NCBI GenBank assembly: GCA_944371435.1
Contig: CALVXQ010000001.1
Span: 1 to 47,436 of the forward strand
Source: an uncultured Bacilli bacterium
GTDB lineage: Bacteria > Bacillota_I > Bacilli_A > RF39 > UBA660
Length of the DNA stretch: 47,436 nt
Reading direction: 5' to 3'
Below the pieces are notes generated by a model. That model was given only the letters and a program-made list of their open reading frames with translations. It ran no database searches and was not told the DNA's origin. Below are positions 45,509 through 47,436 of this stretch, one piece after another; position 1 is the first letter of the stretch, and each line of letters begins with the position of its first letter. A program made the translations under genes and the position numbers.

Positions 45509-47436
45509 TATTTTTTACATAGGATTAATTATATTTTTAGTAGTTTATGTAATATATTTTACTAAAATTAAAGATTATACTTCTATTTATAGTGATGAAA
45601 CGAGAATAGAGGGAATAGTAACAAAAATAGTAGTAAATGAAGATAATGTTAAATTAACTTTGGATAGTAAAGAAGATATTATAGCAACTTATTATTATGA
45701 TGATGAAAAAGAAATAGAAAATTTAAAATTAGGAATAAAGGTAGCAGTTGAAGGAAATTTGCGAGAGCCACTTGGTAATAGTATTCCTAATGTATTTAAT
45801 TATAAAAAATATTTAGAAACGAAAAAAATATATTATTTGTTTACAGCTAAACAGATAAATATATTAGATAATAATGTTTCTTTTTTATATCGAATAAAAA
45901 ATTTTTTAATTACTAAATGTGATCAAATTGATAGTTTAGGTTATATAAAATCTTTAGTATTAGGTATTAATGAGATAGATGATAATATATATGACATATA
46001 TAAAGTAAACGGTATAATGCATTTGTTTGCTATTTCTGGTATGCATATTTCTTTGGTAGCAAATGTATTGTTAAAATTATTAAAAAAAATGTTAAAAAAT
46101 AAAGATGTAATTATGATTATAATTATTATAGTTTTATTTTTTTATACTAAGTTGATTGGTTTTACCCCATCTGTTCTTAGAAGTTTATATATGTATATAT
46201 TTATATGGTTTAATAAAAGATTTAAATTAAGTCTTTCTAATACAAGAATTTTAATTTTAATTACTATAATTATGCTAATATTTAATCCCTTTTATATCTA
46301 TGATATTGGTTTTTTATATTCGATGAGTACTTCTTTAGGTTTAATAATATATTCTAAGTCTTTAAATAATGGTAATAAGATTATATCATCTCTTAAAATT
46401 AGTTTTATTGCTAATATATTTAGTTTACCAATTAGTATTAATAATAACTACGAAGTTAATCTTTTAACTTTAATAATAAATGTTATTGCCGTACCTTTAA
46501 TAACCTACATAATATATCCAATATGCTTATTAGTACTTTTATTACCTATTTTTTATCCTCTTTTAAAAATAACAATAATTTTCTTAGAAACAGTATCTAA
46601 GTTATTTTATAGTATCAAAGTTTTTATTATTACTATTCCTAAAATGAGTATGTTTTTAATTTTTATTTACTATTTACTTTTATTTCTAATAGTTAGATAT
46701 AATAAAAGATATTATAAAATATTATTATTATTTATCTTGATTTTTAGTAAATATCATGTATTTTTAGATAGTAATACCTATGTATATTTTCTCGATGTTG
46801 GTCAAGGTGATTCTAGTTTAATCGTAACACCCCATCGAAAGGATATTATTTTAATAGATACTGGTGGTATTTATAATAATAATTATCCGATTGAAAATAT
46901 AATAACATTTTTAAAAAGTATGGGTTTTAATAAGATTGATTATTTAATTTTAACTCATGGTGATTATGATCATATGGGATATAGTACTTATTTGGTTAAC
47001 AATTATAAAGTTGATAAAGTATTTTTTAATAAGGAAAGTTATAGTAATTTAGAATTAGAATTAATCGATGTTTTAAAAGATAAAGATATTTATTATCAAA
47101 ATAAGATTAAAACTTTAGATATTAGTAATAGTAGATTATATTTTTTGAATGAAGAATATTATGGAAATGAAAATGATGATTCCCTTGTTATCTATATGAA
47201 GTTAAATAATTATAAATTTTTATTTATGGGAGATGCTAGTATTAAAGTAGAAAATGATTTAATAAAAAAATATAACTTACAAAATATAGATATATTAAAA
47301 GTAGGACACCATGGAAGTAAAACTAGTACTAGTAAATATTTTATTAATTATATTAGTCCTAAATATTCGATTATAAGTGTTGGGAAAAATAATCTTTTTG
47401 GTCATCCCAATCAAGAAGTATTAAAAAATTTAAACG
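45450..47436 (+). CDS. comEC: competence protein ComEC/Rec2, 3'-truncated by window edge
   Basis: This gene is not in the ORF track because it has no stop inside the window. The reading frame is open from the TGA at 45447-45449 to the window end. The competence domain is NGIMHLFAISGMHISL. The metallo-beta-lactamase domain motifs are YFLDVGQGDSSLI and LTHGDYDHMG. Start candidates are ATG 45450 or TTG 45477, the latter with GGAG at 45464-45467. Confidence 0.85.
   Translation, partial: MYQVLEKPYLQKLRTILQSNIFYIGLIIFLVVYVIYFTKIKDYTSIYSDETRIEGIVTKIVVNEDNVKLTLDSKEDIIATYYYDDEKEIENLKLGIKVAVEGNLREPLGNSIPNVFNYKKYLETKKIYYLFTAKQINILDNNVSFLYRIKNFLITKCDQIDSLGYIKSLVLGINEIDDNIYDIYKVNGIMHLFAISGMHISLVANVLLKLLKKMLKNKDVIMIIIIIVLFFYTKLIGFTPSVLRSLYMYIFIWFNKRFKLSLSNTRILILITIIMLIFNPFYIYDIGFLYSMSTSLGLIIYSKSLNNGNKIISSLKISFIANIFSLPISINNNYEVNLLTLIINVIAVPLITYIIYPICLLVLLLPIFYPLLKITIIFLETVSKLFYSIKVFIITIPKMSMFLIFIYYLLLFLIVRYNKRYYKILLLFILIFSKYHVFLDSNTYVYFLDVGQGDSSLIVTPHRKDIILIDTGGIYNNNYPIENIITFLKSMGFNKIDYLILTHGDYDHMGYSTYLVNNYKVDKVFFNKESYSNLELELIDVLKDKDIYYQNKIKTLDISNSRLYFLNEEYYGNENDDSLVIYMKLNNYKFLFMGDASIKVENDLIKKYNLQNIDILKVGHHGSKTSTSKYFINYISPKYSIISVGKNNLFGHPNQEVLKNLN

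Noticed and set aside
45479-45510. Apparent in-frame ComEA-ComEC fusion protein
   Set aside because: This arose from my reading the A-run as one base shorter. The supplied ORF track places a TAA at 45506-45508 in the comEA frame, and the comEC frame is then independently open from 45450. I treat them as two overlapping genes.
1-47436. CRISPR arrays, tRNA/rRNA genes, transposases, integrases, prophage structural genes
   Set aside because: I scanned the intergenic regions by eye. I found no regularly spaced direct repeats with spacers, no cloverleaf-like GC-rich 75-90-nt segments, and no rRNA signatures. No ORF carries DDE, tyrosine-recombinase or serine-recombinase motifs. Absence is limited by manual inspection.

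Overview
AT-rich, densely coding chromosomal window (47.4 kb, standard genetic code) that looks like a low-GC, spore-forming Bacillota genome. Gene order is Bacillus-like, possibly Erysipelotrichia or a Clostridium-like lineage, but taxonomy cannot be settled from the sequence alone.

Housekeeping blocks:
- gmk
- dnaG-sigA-trmK, plus a yqfQ-like gene
- a pilC/comGB-like platform gene plus a prepilin peptidase
- a MacB/FtsX-type ABC transporter pair
- dacB-spmA-spmB-rluB
- rsmH-ftsL-pbp2B
- an AI-2E permease, a GT4 glycosyltransferase and ftsW/rodA
- rpsP plus a KH-domain gene
- phosphoketolase
- dnaB(DnaD-like)-dnaI
- uppS-cdsA-rseP
- comEA-comEC (comEC runs off the 3' edge)

Accessory-looking segments:
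- (i) 1-6.9 kb: two ASCH-type genes and two GNAT paralogs. The paralogs share a near-identical 112-nt 3' tract and bracket a 2.7-kb insert. The insert holds hairpins, a doubtful ORF, a two-gene orphan operon and a stand-alone ABC-type AAA ATPase. A three-gene minus-strand membrane/lipoprotein operon follows.
- (ii) 10.7-15.8 kb: a sigma-region-4-like mini HTH, five -35-like hexamers phased about 11 bp apart, an orphan HerA/DUF87-type ATPase, a 120-aa orphan gene, and a thioester-type surface adhesin with its own mini-sortase.

The observation I consider most worth follow-up is a pair of about 160-nt, comparatively GC-rich intergenic elements (34184-34344 and 44635-44797). They share conserved ends but have unalignable middles and cannot be homologous as proteins. 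They are either a candidate structured ncRNA family or a modular dispersed repeat.

I saw no rRNA, tRNA, CRISPR array, transposase or integrase. All family assignments come from motif recognition by eye; no database search was possible.
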